IMG/VR virus record: IMGVR_UViG_3300043414_000452
Location: 1 to 43,658 of that record
Strand: one strand, 5' to 3'
DNA from: a virus
Lineage: Duplodnaviria > Caudoviricetes
Length of the DNA: 43,658 nt
The first letter of the stretch is position 1; each line of letters opens with the position of its first letter. A program made the translations under genes and the position numbers. This document shows, piece by piece, positions 14,787-22,932 of this stretch. The notes under the pieces are model-generated. The model was not told the DNA's origin and did no database searches. It saw only the letters and a list, made by a program, of their open reading frames with translations.

Positions 14787-15164
14787 TCAAACTTTCCGTG
14801 CTTCCCTGCACGCCTGACGCATCCACGTCCTATTCGCCATCGACTCAAACCACATGCGGGCGAACACCTCTACGGCTTCACGCCCGACATCGGCGTACAG
14901 CTTTCGCAGTTCGACGCTGTCGCCCCACATGGCTTCGACGTCCTCGCCGATTTTCGCCGTCAGCACAAGGATGTCCTTCACTGCCTGCATCTCTGACTCT
15001 GGCTGCGAGCGTGCCAGCTTCGTCCAATGCTCTGCGTTCCAACAGCGGCAGATAGCGTCTGTAAACTCGTCAAACGCACGCCCAGCCTTGACGGCTCGTG
15101 GCCCGATTTCTTCTCTGAGCCGGCCACGCAAATGCGCCAGCATCCCAGCCGGCGCGTCATCCAC
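14787..15164 (-). CDS. Hypothetical protein
   Basis: GGAGGT RBS before GTG at 15164. Confidence 0.6.
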   Translation of the reverse strand: MDDAPAGMLAHLRGRLREEIGPRAVKAGRAFDEFTDAICRCWNAEHWTKLARSQPESEMQAVKDILVLTAKIGEDVEAMWGDSVELRKLYADVGREAVEVFARMWFESMANRTWMRQACREARKV

Positions 15165-15166
15165 CG

Positions 15167-15475
15167 TTACCTCCCGCCCGCAGGCCGAGTAGATACAGCA
15201 GGCGTGGACGACGCGCCGGGCGGGTTTTTGCACTTGCACGATGATGGGCACGGGCACGCCGTCCGATGTCCGTCGCCGTGGACGATGTACCCACGCCCGC
15301 CGCAGTCGGTGCAGCAGGCAGGCTTGGGAGGCTCTGGCTTGGGCTCAGGAGCCTTTTCCTGTGCCGTGGTGGCATACGCTGCCGAGACTGCCGCCGAGGC
15401 TCTAGGAGCCTCACGGTCAATCTCTGCGGGATCAGCGGCGAGCGACGCCAGAACGGATAGCAGCCAACGCCACAT
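15167..15475 (-). CDS. Exported Pro/Cys-rich protein with a CxxCxGxG zinc-finger-like motif
   Basis: MWRWLLSVLASLAA leader, PEPKPEPPKP linker, CCTDCGGRG...CPCPSSCKC. Confidence 0.65.
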   Translation of the reverse strand: MWRWLLSVLASLAADPAEIDREAPRASAAVSAAYATTAQEKAPEPKPEPPKPACCTDCGGRGYIVHGDGHRTACPCPSSCKCKNPPGASSTPAVSTRPAGGR

Positions 15476-15477
15476 GA

Positions 15478-15738
15478 TTACCATCCTTGTCCGTGATTGA
15501 GGACTCGGTGCCCGTTCTCATCAACGCGAGCGTGTACGACGTACGCCTGCTCGGCTGGCGGCGGCTCGGCGAACATCATCACCCACAGGCCGGTCTTTGC
15601 CAGCTTGGCAAGCAGCCGTAGCACTGGCCTGTCTGGCTTCGGCTTGACCGGCGAGTATTCCGATGTCGCAGCTGCCCACGTTACGGCAACAGCCACCAGC
15701 ACGGCGATAGAAGCGATTCGCAGTTCTCGGTTGTTCAC
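15478..15738 (-). CDS. Membrane-anchored protein
   Basis: IASIAVLVAVAVTWAAA TM segment; GTGA overlap. Confidence 0.65.
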   Translation of the reverse strand: MNNRELRIASIAVLVAVAVTWAAATSEYSPVKPKPDRPVLRLLAKLAKTGLWVMMFAEPPPAEQAYVVHARVDENGHRVLNHGQGW

Positions 15739-15962
15739 TTGTCATCACTCCAAATCGAATAGAGGAACATGACGACGCAAGCACCGATCACGCTGCCGAC
15801 CAGGCCGGCGGAACCGTGACCAAATGGCAGGCCGCCAGCAAACGAGCCGACAACGCCAAGGGCAATCGTCGGTAGCCATCCCTGCGGACACTTCCCCGGC
15901 ATCAGCCATTTGGCGATGCCACCAGCGACGGCACCGAATATGAGCCACAAGAGCAACGACAT
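15735..15962 (-). CDS. GlsB/YeaQ/YmgE (transglycosylase-associated) membrane protein, candidate holin
   Basis: WLIFGAVAGGIAKWLMPG...TIALGVVGSFAGG...SVIGACVVMFLY. Confidence 0.85.
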   Translation of the reverse strand: MSLLLWLIFGAVAGGIAKWLMPGKCPQGWLPTIALGVVGSFAGGLPFGHGSAGLVGSVIGACVVMFLYSIWSDDK

Positions 15963-15971
15963 AGGGCACTC

Positions 15972-17108
15972 CTACTGTGCGAGATGGAACGTGTCTGCGA
16001 TGAGGCGGGCGGGTGACGGCGTGCGAGCGTTCTCGGGCGGCACGGGCTGCAACCACTTGCCGTGGTCAAGATCCCGGTACTTGAACCCTGCCGTGTCGCC
16101 GATAGCCCATGCGTCTTCGAGCATCCCTTCGATGACGCTACGGCGTGCCCAGAACGAGCCGTCAGGCTGATCGCTCGGGAATTTGTTTTCCAATCCTGAC
16201 TGCCACCGATTTCCCCAGCTGTTCAAAATGCAAACAAGATCATCTGGAGATCCGTTCTTCTTGTGGCGGATTCCTATGGCACACATCTGGTGTTGCCATG
16301 TCCCAGATGCTTCTGCAATGCCCGATGGTCCAAGATGCGAAGAAAAGCCCTGCGAGCTTGCCAGCGTCACCGGGTAGCCAGACTCAATTGCCGCAGCAAG
16401 TTCAGCCCAAGTGCGGACGGCCACGACGTGCTTCAGCGGGTGCTTCTTCGCCTCGGCATCCAAGCGACCGGCATCACCTTGACCGCCGCAGCCGTAGGCT
16501 CCGTATTCCTTGGCACGCTCGCCGGAATACTGGGTCAGGTCAACGGTCGGATACTTCTGCCGATAGACCACGCCAAACTCACGTAGGAATTTTGCGGCAC
16601 CGAATCCAGTGGCACCGTCCGAAAACCCTCCGTAGGGCTGGGCGCCGTCTCCCGGTTTGCCTCTCGCCTCGACACGAGCGCCGCCGTACAACGCTTCAGA
16701 ACTTGGCATCAGCGGCGGCTCTGGCAGTTTGCCAAGTGACCACGACACAGCCTCAGAGACGGCGACGGCGTGCATGGCACCCCAGCTGACGCAGTCGCCG
16801 ATGAGTTGCCGGCCCACGACGAACGGCTTGCCGTAGCGTGCTCGATGTGCGGCATCTAGCTGGCGATACAAAAACGTGTCGATGCCTTTGGCTTCCTGCA
16901 TCGCCTCGGCGCCCGCTTGGAAGAAATACTTCTCGTCACCAAGCGTGGCGAGAAACTGTCGCGTCCCGACAGGATCTGGCACGTATCCGAACCGTGCGTC
17001 AATCTGCGAGGCGACACGGCGAGTGGCTCGCTCGACGAGCACGCCTAAGATCGCCATGACGACGACGAACGACACAGCACCTACAGACCAGCGATCACTT
17101 TGTGACAT
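15972..17108 (-). CDS. Papain-like (C1) cysteine peptidase with an N-terminal TM segment
   Basis: Q-x-x-GDCVSWG (Gln, Cys), HQMCAIG (His) and ILNSWG (Asn); TM VGAVSFVVVMAILGVLV. Confidence 0.85.
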   Translation of the reverse strand: MSQSDRWSVGAVSFVVVMAILGVLVERATRRVASQIDARFGYVPDPVGTRQFLATLGDEKYFFQAGAEAMQEAKGIDTFLYRQLDAAHRARYGKPFVVGRQLIGDCVSWGAMHAVAVSEAVSWSLGKLPEPPLMPSSEALYGGARVEARGKPGDGAQPYGGFSDGATGFGAAKFLREFGVVYRQKYPTVDLTQYSGERAKEYGAYGCGGQGDAGRLDAEAKKHPLKHVVAVRTWAELAAAIESGYPVTLASSQGFSSHLGPSGIAEASGTWQHQMCAIGIRHKKNGSPDDLVCILNSWGNRWQSGLENKFPSDQPDGSFWARRSVIEGMLEDAWAIGDTAGFKYRDLDHGKWLQPVPPENARTPSPARLIADTFHLAQ

Positions 17109-17649
17109 CAGCGGCGGCCCTCGAAAGGTCACGAAGTGCCGACACCCACGCCGCTCGGCTCTCGGGCGTCACTGGGCCGCCAGACGATCCAACAGCGTCG
17201 TCAAGGAACTTGTGAACGGCGTCCTTTACTTGCGGCTGTCGAGCACCAATGCTCTCGCCACGGCATCGCATCTCGCGGGCGGCGATACGCAGGTCATCAA
17301 ACGCCACGCCAGTCTTGAGACGCTGGTCGTGCTGTCCGTCGTACTCGATGCAATCAGCGAGTTCGCGACAAAGTGCTGCCATAGTCGAAGCGTCTTCGGC
17401 GGCAGTCGGGCCGATGAACCGCCCACGCAGAGTGAACGCATCCGGCGGCACTGGTGCAGGGGTGGGGGCTGGTGCTTGCTTGCTCGGCATGAACGCAATC
17501 GCCGCAGCTGCGACCAGTGCAATCGCCGCAACGTGCTTTCCGTCAAACGTCGGCATCTTTGCAGTAGCCACGAACGCTTTGACACGCTCGGTGATCTGCT
17601 GGCCGGCGAGAACGTAGACCGCGAACGCGATAAGAAGCGCTGTAATCAC
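17095..17649 (-). CDS. Membrane protein with two hydrophobic segments and a Pro-rich linker
   Basis: ITALLIAFAVYVLAG and VAAIALVAAAAIAFM, then PAPTPAPVPP and a helical domain. Confidence 0.7.
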   Translation of the reverse strand: MITALLIAFAVYVLAGQQITERVKAFVATAKMPTFDGKHVAAIALVAAAAIAFMPSKQAPAPTPAPVPPDAFTLRGRFIGPTAAEDASTMAALCRELADCIEYDGQHDQRLKTGVAFDDLRIAAREMRCRGESIGARQPQVKDAVHKFLDDAVGSSGGPVTPESRAAWVSALRDLSRAAADVTK

Positions 17650-18017
17650 TTTGCCCTCAACAGAGGAAGGATCGTTTCAATAGTGCCTGCTGCGATAGCG
17701 ATCACCAGCGAGCGAGCGGCTGGACGCACGATGTACCAAAACGGATACGTCGCATACGGCACGCAGAGCACGGCGAGCGAGTCGAACAACACGCCGACAG
17801 CCTCAAGCACGATGGCTCGCTTCTCGGCTCCTGTGAGCGTCTTCGTGGAGTCCAGCGTCTCGACAGTCAACCGCACGAGTGCGGCGACGAGCATGCCGAA
17901 CTCACTCCACGTCAAGCCGTCCTTAGCAGACACGCGAGCAGTGACGAGGAACGCCGACACCTTTGACGCGATGTCGGCGAAAGGCGCAGCGGCAGCAAGT
18001 GGAGCGTCGGCAACCAT
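17646..18017 (-). CDS. Hydrophobic protein, candidate holin
   Basis: Amphipathic/hydrophobic; GAEKRAIV resembles the GxEKK motif of phage holins; first gene after the late-type promoter. Confidence 0.5.
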   Translation of the reverse strand: MVADAPLAAAAPFADIASKVSAFLVTARVSAKDGLTWSEFGMLVAALVRLTVETLDSTKTLTGAEKRAIVLEAVGVLFDSLAVLCVPYATYPFWYIVRPAARSLVIAIAAGTIETILPLLRAK

Positions 18018-18023
18018 ACCGCC

Positions 18024-18058
18024 AGACTAGGCTGGCTTGGCGGCAGACTAGACCGGGT
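18024..18058 (-). promoter_or_regulatory. Late-type promoter ACCCGGTCT-N20-TAGTCT, leaderless
   Basis: Same architecture as 27958-28001 and 41073-41116; ATG 6 nt after the -10 box. Confidence 0.6.
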
Positions 18059-18785
18059 CTGACTGACCTTCTCTGTAGAGCACGAGGGCAATCGCCGAGT
18101 AGGCGCAGATGTCCTTCAAAGTGTCGTCTACTCCGTCGAAAGTGCATGATCCGGTATGGCAGACAGTACGCAGCCTAGTCATCTTGTCGGCAAGCCGAAT
18201 CAGGCACGCCTTCCACGGTGCGAGGTTGACCACATCGGCGCCGCTGCGAATGTTGGCTAGTGCGTCATTGTCTGCGCCATAATCTTGGCTTTTTGCTATA
18301 TGCAAGCGTTTCACCTCTTCAAGAACTTCCATGAACGGCACAGATCCCGGTCGCAGTCCGTCCGGCGGCGAAGCGATGATGCTGTCACCCGTCCACCGGA
18401 TTTCGTCCGTTGATGCTTCCATTTCCTTCTGCCCTTGAAGAATCCAATCGACCGGCACCGCCTCCTCGTGTTCTGCTACGTGGGCGGCGTACTTCTCGGC
18501 GCTCTCCTTCGTCAGATGCTTCCAAACTTCTGGTGCTTCGTCGGTCGCAGCGTGGCACTTGCCGCCGTCGCAGCATCCGCCGGCCAGGCGAGTCTCTACC
18601 GCTTCACGCAGTGCGGCGTTGGAGTCTTGGAGATCCGTAATAAATCCTTGCATCTTTTTCCTCTCAATTAGAAGTCGTGCTACGTCTGCCGCGAGTGATC
18701 CAGATGTGCCGCACCACTGACCTTGAAATCTGTACGCTCGCTGGCGGGCCTCGGCGATGTATTCGTCAGTCAATTCGTAGTCCAT
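18048..18785 (-). CDS. DUF1599 / nucleotide-modification-associated (Nmad1-like) domain protein
   Basis: C-terminal KSQDYG...N...IRLADKMTRL...DDTLKDICAY. Confidence 0.7.
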   Translation of the reverse strand: MDYELTDEYIAEARQRAYRFQGQWCGTSGSLAADVARLLIERKKMQGFITDLQDSNAALREAVETRLAGGCCDGGKCHAATDEAPEVWKHLTKESAEKYAAHVAEHEEAVPVDWILQGQKEMEASTDEIRWTGDSIIASPPDGLRPGSVPFMEVLEEVKRLHIAKSQDYGADNDALANIRSGADVVNLAPWKACLIRLADKMTRLRTVCHTGSCTFDGVDDTLKDICAYSAIALVLYREGQSDPV

Positions 18786-18788
18786 GCG

Positions 18789-19862
18789 TCAAGCCTTCGG
18801 CGTGCGCAAGTCACGGTCGCAGTAAATCGGCATGGCTTTCGTCACCTCATGCCGTCCGTGGTCAATGACGATGCACGCCTGGCACGGTGGCTCATACGCT
18901 GCCTTGATCCTCGTGGCGTATGCCGAGTGCCCGATCACGCTGCCGTTGGCGACGTAGCGGCCGGCCCGCAACCACTGGAACTGGTGCCAGTGCCCGAAGC
19001 ACGTAAGGTCTGCCCGCTTCACTGCGTCCCAAGCTGCGATAGCTTTGTTGGTTGGGATCGTGATACCACCGATGCCACCGCCGTACTTGATGGCGTGGCC
19101 GTGGTGGAAGCGGACAAGGAACCCATCAAGGTCAACGTAGTTCAGGTAGCCGGTGCCAACCTGCCATTGCACGTTCTTCCGCTTCTCGCTACTGGCGAGC
19201 GTGAGGTATAGGTGCTGCTCAAACGAGTGCTCCATCTCGGTGCCGATGCGTAGCTTTTCCGTGCTTCGCCCATGGTTGCCGCTGTTGGTGGCGACTACGA
19301 CAGCCTTTGCACTATCGGCAACGGAGTCGATGAAAGCCCGTAGCCTTTCACCAATCCAGCGTGTTGCCGCCAGCGGTGCAAGCTGTGCCAGTTCAGCCGT
19401 GTCGTCATGTATGTGACCACTCAGAAAGTCCCCTCCGAGCCAGATCACGACACGGTCGATCTTCGCCAGTTGCCGCTCGTGCTCCAACAGCCGGAAGAAT
19501 CGTTCGTGGAGTTCGTTGAGGCGAAGTTGACATACGTCAAGGCTGTAGTCGTTCAGCCCGTTTACAGTCTCGGGATCGACACGCTCTTCGCAGTGGATGT
19601 CGGAGAGCAGCACGACCATCGTGGCGGCGTGCTTCGGGCCTTTGACAGACTTGGGCAATGACGGCACAGGCTTGATGTCGTGCAGCTGCACCAGGGCATC
19701 ACCACGCTCACGCTCGCGGTCGATCTGAGCCAGCGCCACCTTATACCTATTTCGGTATGTCGCCAGTTCTGAACGTAACCGTGCCAGTTCAGCGTCGGCG
19801 GCTAACTGCTGCGAGTGGATGACGTCCTCTTTGATTTCATCCCTCAAGCGTCGTTGAGCCAT
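18789..19862 (-). CDS. Calcineurin-like metallophosphoesterase with an N-terminal coiled coil
   Basis: SDIH, GGD, GNHGR, HHGH and GHWH motifs. Confidence 0.88.
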   Translation of the reverse strand: MAQRRLRDEIKEDVIHSQQLAADAELARLRSELATYRNRYKVALAQIDRERERGDALVQLHDIKPVPSLPKSVKGPKHAATMVVLLSDIHCEERVDPETVNGLNDYSLDVCQLRLNELHERFFRLLEHERQLAKIDRVVIWLGGDFLSGHIHDDTAELAQLAPLAATRWIGERLRAFIDSVADSAKAVVVATNSGNHGRSTEKLRIGTEMEHSFEQHLYLTLASSEKRKNVQWQVGTGYLNYVDLDGFLVRFHHGHAIKYGGGIGGITIPTNKAIAAWDAVKRADLTCFGHWHQFQWLRAGRYVANGSVIGHSAYATRIKAAYEPPCQACIVIDHGRHEVTKAMPIYCDRDLRTPKA

Positions 19863-20101
19863 GCGATAACCCCCTGTTCGCCTACATCAGAGATGCCACT
19901 AGCACGCAGACGGACAGACAGATCTCGTGCCAAAGTCTTTTTCCGTTTGCCAAGTTCGCCTGCCTGCCACGCCGCTTTGATGGCGGCAAGTTCTTCTAGG
20001 TGCTCTGGTGCGACACGGTCGTGCCAGCGTTTGCTACCGTGGCGGACTTTTGCCATTGCTTCGCGAACGGCGTCGAGCAGGCTTGGGCTTTTCGTCTTCA
20101 C
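19844..20101 (-). CDS. Hypothetical basic helical protein
   Basis: 85 aa ORF overlapping the phosphoesterase start; AGGAG RBS. Confidence 0.6.
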   Translation of the reverse strand: MKTKSPSLLDAVREAMAKVRHGSKRWHDRVAPEHLEELAAIKAAWQAGELGKRKKTLARDLSVRLRASGISDVGEQGVIAWLNDA

Positions 20102-20240
20102 GCTTTGGCTCCTGTCCTTCTAGGTGAATCCACCCGTCATCGTCAGGGATGCCACCGCCGGCGAACTCGTCATCGTCCTCGTCAAGGTCTGGCGGCAGGA
20201 TCACCGCTTCGGCTGGTGGCTTTTGCTTGGCGCGTCCCAT
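20034..20240 (-). CDS. Small acidic protein
   Basis: Leaderless start behind a TTGACA-N7 motif; DLDEDDDE tract. Confidence 0.5.
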   Translation of the reverse strand: MGRAKQKPPAEAVILPPDLDEDDDEFAGGGIPDDDGWIHLEGQEPKREDEKPKPARRRSRSNGKSPPR

Positions 20241-20261
20241 GCCTTGAGGATGGCAGGCGTG

Positions 20262-20660
20262 TCAAGCGTTTCGCCGTGCGTTCTGGATCGCCCTCTTCAC
20301 CAGCATCCGCCCTGCAACGTCGAGGAACGGCAGTCCGCGTGCCTCGGCCTCGGCCCGCATGACGGCTACCACCTCGTCGATCCTCTCTGGTTGCTCGCAC
20401 TCGTCGCAGCCCCACTGGTCCATCTTCTGCGACATAGCGCGGCACTGGCACGTTGGTGTTGGGTTGATGCCAAAGCGTTTCAAGAGCTTGGAGAGCTCGG
20501 TGCCTGGGCCGTGGGTGGGTGGGGCTGGCGGCTCAGTGATTGCGGCGTCAGCAGCGGGACACGCTCGCGGCGATCCGCAAAACAAATCCAAAACACCGCA
20601 CTTGCGGCATCTGCCAGATGCGGGGTCGCACTCGCACAGCGAAGTGTCATTGAAATCCAT
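20262..20660 (-). CDS. Cys-rich hypothetical protein
   Basis: CECDPASGRCRKCG...GPGTELSKLL...CQC...MDQWGCDEC. Confidence 0.7.
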   Translation of the reverse strand: MDFNDTSLCECDPASGRCRKCGVLDLFCGSPRACPAADAAITEPPAPPTHGPGTELSKLLKRFGINPTPTCQCRAMSQKMDQWGCDECEQPERIDEVVAVMRAEAEARGLPFLDVAGRMLVKRAIQNARRNA

Positions 20661-21408
20661 TTATTGTCACCTGGCTTGTGCTACTGCACGACCAACCCGG
20701 CAATGAATCGCAAATATTTTGCCCTGCGGGCGATGCGTTTGATTGGCTTAAGCCTGTAAAACGAGAGAAGCACACGCCCGCACCAAGTCCTGTCTCGCTA
20801 GTAAGCACGTTTAAGTAAGTTTGATTTAAACCTGCGCCCATTGTGATCTCGTCGCACACTTTTATAAAACCCAAAACACTGCCAACCTCCGAGCCACCTT
20901 CCAACGAAAATCCGAAATGAGCCTCAAGCCTGTAGTCTGCTGTCACCAATGCGTACCAAGGGCACCCAACGTATGGGCTGGTGCTTTGTAGTGTCAGCGT
21001 TGCCGTGATAGTGCCTGATCGAGTGCATCGCGACACAATCTCTGATGTTCTGCTTCCGTAAGGAATGCGAGTGCTGGAAAAAGACCAGTCAATGGTGACA
21101 TTTACAAACTGCGGTATAGTCCCGCCGTTCACGGTGCAGTAGCAATAGCACCGCTCAACGCCAGAGCCTTGCTTTGGATACCCTCGGGGTGTGCAGAACT
21201 GGCATGTGTCGCTTGCGCAAGTCGTGCCAATTCCCATGAACTTCTGCGTGCTGTTGACGCACTGACACTGCGGCTTGACGCTGCACTTCGTGCCCTCGCA
21301 GCACGCGCCCTCGCGGCAGGCGTTGAGGCAGTCGGCCTGCGTCTTGTAGGACGTGCGACCTGTGGTCGTGACGCCGCTGGGGAGGTTGGTGGATTGGTAG
21401 CAGGGCAT
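20647..21408 (-). CDS. Cys-rich tail-associated protein with an AT-rich C-terminal domain
   Basis: CLNACREGACCEGTKCSVKPQCQC N-terminus; GC drops in the distal part. Confidence 0.7.
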   Translation of the reverse strand: MPCYQSTNLPSGVTTTGRTSYKTQADCLNACREGACCEGTKCSVKPQCQCVNSTQKFMGIGTTCASDTCQFCTPRGYPKQGSGVERCYCYCTVNGGTIPQFVNVTIDWSFSSTRIPYGSRTSEIVSRCTRSGTITATLTLQSTSPYVGCPWYALVTADYRLEAHFGFSLEGGSEVGSVLGFIKVCDEITMGAGLNQTYLNVLTSETGLGAGVCFSRFTGLSQSNASPAGQNICDSLPGWSCSSTSQVTINGFQ

Positions 21409-21415
21409 TAGCGTG

Positions 21416-22246
21416 CTAGCTCGCGGACGGAGTGAAAGTGACTGACAGCCCAGCGTCTTGAAAATTTATCCCCTCATCAACTTGCAGATACCCTCTTCTA
21501 ATCATTCCGTAAATTGACTCAAGAAATGAATCTCGATGCAAATTCATGGAATTAGACAAACCGCCCATTGGTATGCAATCAGGCAGGCTACCAACAAAAC
21601 CCCATGTGTAAATCTGAGAATAGAATAGAGTTGTTTTTGTCTGAAGATCACTTCCATGCTCGGGAATATTGCTTGACGAAACTCCCTCGCCATTTACGCA
21701 TTTGTACAAAGGCCAACCCCCGATAACTCTTGAGTAAGGCCCGTATTCACTAATGTCATTTTGAGTCAACAACGGCATATCAGAAAGAGACAAGAATGAC
21801 GGAGGAGTGTACGCCTGCACGATAGTAAAATAGTATCTCCATGTTAGTAGCGATACTGTGTATGACTTGCAGTCACTGGAAAGCGTCACGGTTACTGAGC
21901 CGGTGTTTCCAACCGAGTCTGTATAGTTATGACTCCATTCAAAATCAGATCGCTTACTCAGAACTACAGTGCCGTTGTAATCCGCTATCGGGTAAAACCC
22001 ACCCCTTGCCGTGTAAATTGAATTGTACGCATCGCAGTAGTTATGGCTTCCCATAACTCTTCTCTCACTGTAGAGCCCATTGGAAACGGATATGCTGATC
22101 GATCCTATGCCCGGTGACTCCTCGGGGGGCGCGGATGGAGAAAATGTTGGGCCGTGCCCGCAATACCACTCCCCGCAGCACCCGCAGTTCTCCGCGAGCT
22201 TGCCGTCCTTGATGATGATCGCGCCGTTTTTGGTTGCGAGTGGCAT
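21416..22246 (-). CDS. Tail-associated protein with a CGCC N-terminus and an AT-rich body
   Basis: TAATG-coupled MPLATKNGAIIIKDGKLAENCGCCGEWYC; body markedly AT-rich. Confidence 0.7.
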   Translation of the reverse strand: MPLATKNGAIIIKDGKLAENCGCCGEWYCGHGPTFSPSAPPEESPGIGSISISVSNGLYSERRVMGSHNYCDAYNSIYTARGGFYPIADYNGTVVLSKRSDFEWSHNYTDSVGNTGSVTVTLSSDCKSYTVSLLTWRYYFTIVQAYTPPSFLSLSDMPLLTQNDISEYGPYSRVIGGWPLYKCVNGEGVSSSNIPEHGSDLQTKTTLFYSQIYTWGFVGSLPDCIPMGGLSNSMNLHRDSFLESIYGMIRRGYLQVDEGINFQDAGLSVTFTPSAS

Positions 22247-22932
22247 TAGGTGCAAGCCGTAGTGGAGACCGTGACGCTCGACGGCGACGGCGTCTTCTTG
22301 CCGATGACGTAGACCGTCTCCTTTGTGAACACTAGACCAGACGAGCCAAGCGTCACGCCGGTGATGACATCAATCTCCGTCGTAGCCGTGGTGCCAAGTC
22401 GCACGAGTGCCCACTTGCCACTACCAGTGCCAGACTCCTTCCAGATAACGAGCCCTTCACCCTTTACGCCTGTTTTCAACTCCGAGGCAGACGCCTTGCA
22501 GGCAACAAACTTGTCGTCGGCTTTGTCTACCTCAACCTTGCACTGCACGACGCCACCAACTGCCACCTTGCCAACCTTCCCTGACTCAATCGGCTCCACT
22601 GCCACGCACCACGCCGTCGTAGTCGCACTCGGCGTGCCGCCCGTCAGCACGGGCATCTCCTCGAACGACGCTGTAGCCCCTCCTGACGACGACGTAGGCG
22701 TAATAGCAACGCCAGTGATGGCAAGCACGCCCCAGCGTGCGACGGTCACAGACGGCTGGCAGTACGCCCACGTGTAAGGCTTGAGCACCGGAGAGCCGGG
22801 AGAGCCGCCCTCTGTGCCAGCGTGAGCACCGAGCACCAAGTCAGCGGCGTCCTGCGCCCGATTCCACGCACGGGCACTAATCGCCCCGCGTAGCGGCTGG
22901 CCCGGCTCAATGCGACCGTCTGGGCGTGGCAC
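22246..22932 (-). CDS. Tail-tip structural protein
   Basis: TAGTG overlap gives MPRPDGRIEPGQPL; beta-rich; second gene after the tape measure. Confidence 0.65.
   Translation of the reverse strand: MPRPDGRIEPGQPLRGAISARAWNRAQDAADLVLGAHAGTEGGSPGSPVLKPYTWAYCQPSVTVARWGVLAITGVAITPTSSSGGATASFEEMPVLTGGTPSATTTAWCVAVEPIESGKVGKVAVGGVVQCKVEVDKADDKFVACKASASELKTGVKGEGLVIWKESGTGSGKWALVRLGTTATTEIDVITGVTLGSSGLVFTKETVYVIGKKTPSPSSVTVSTTACT

Noticed and set aside
16876-18030. 384 aa plus-strand ORF
   Set aside because: Antisense to three coupled lysis-cassette genes.
18783-18795. TTGACG before the DUF1599 gene as an N7 promoter
   Set aside because: It is the phosphoesterase stop codon context; ATG follows after 1 nt with no -10 box.
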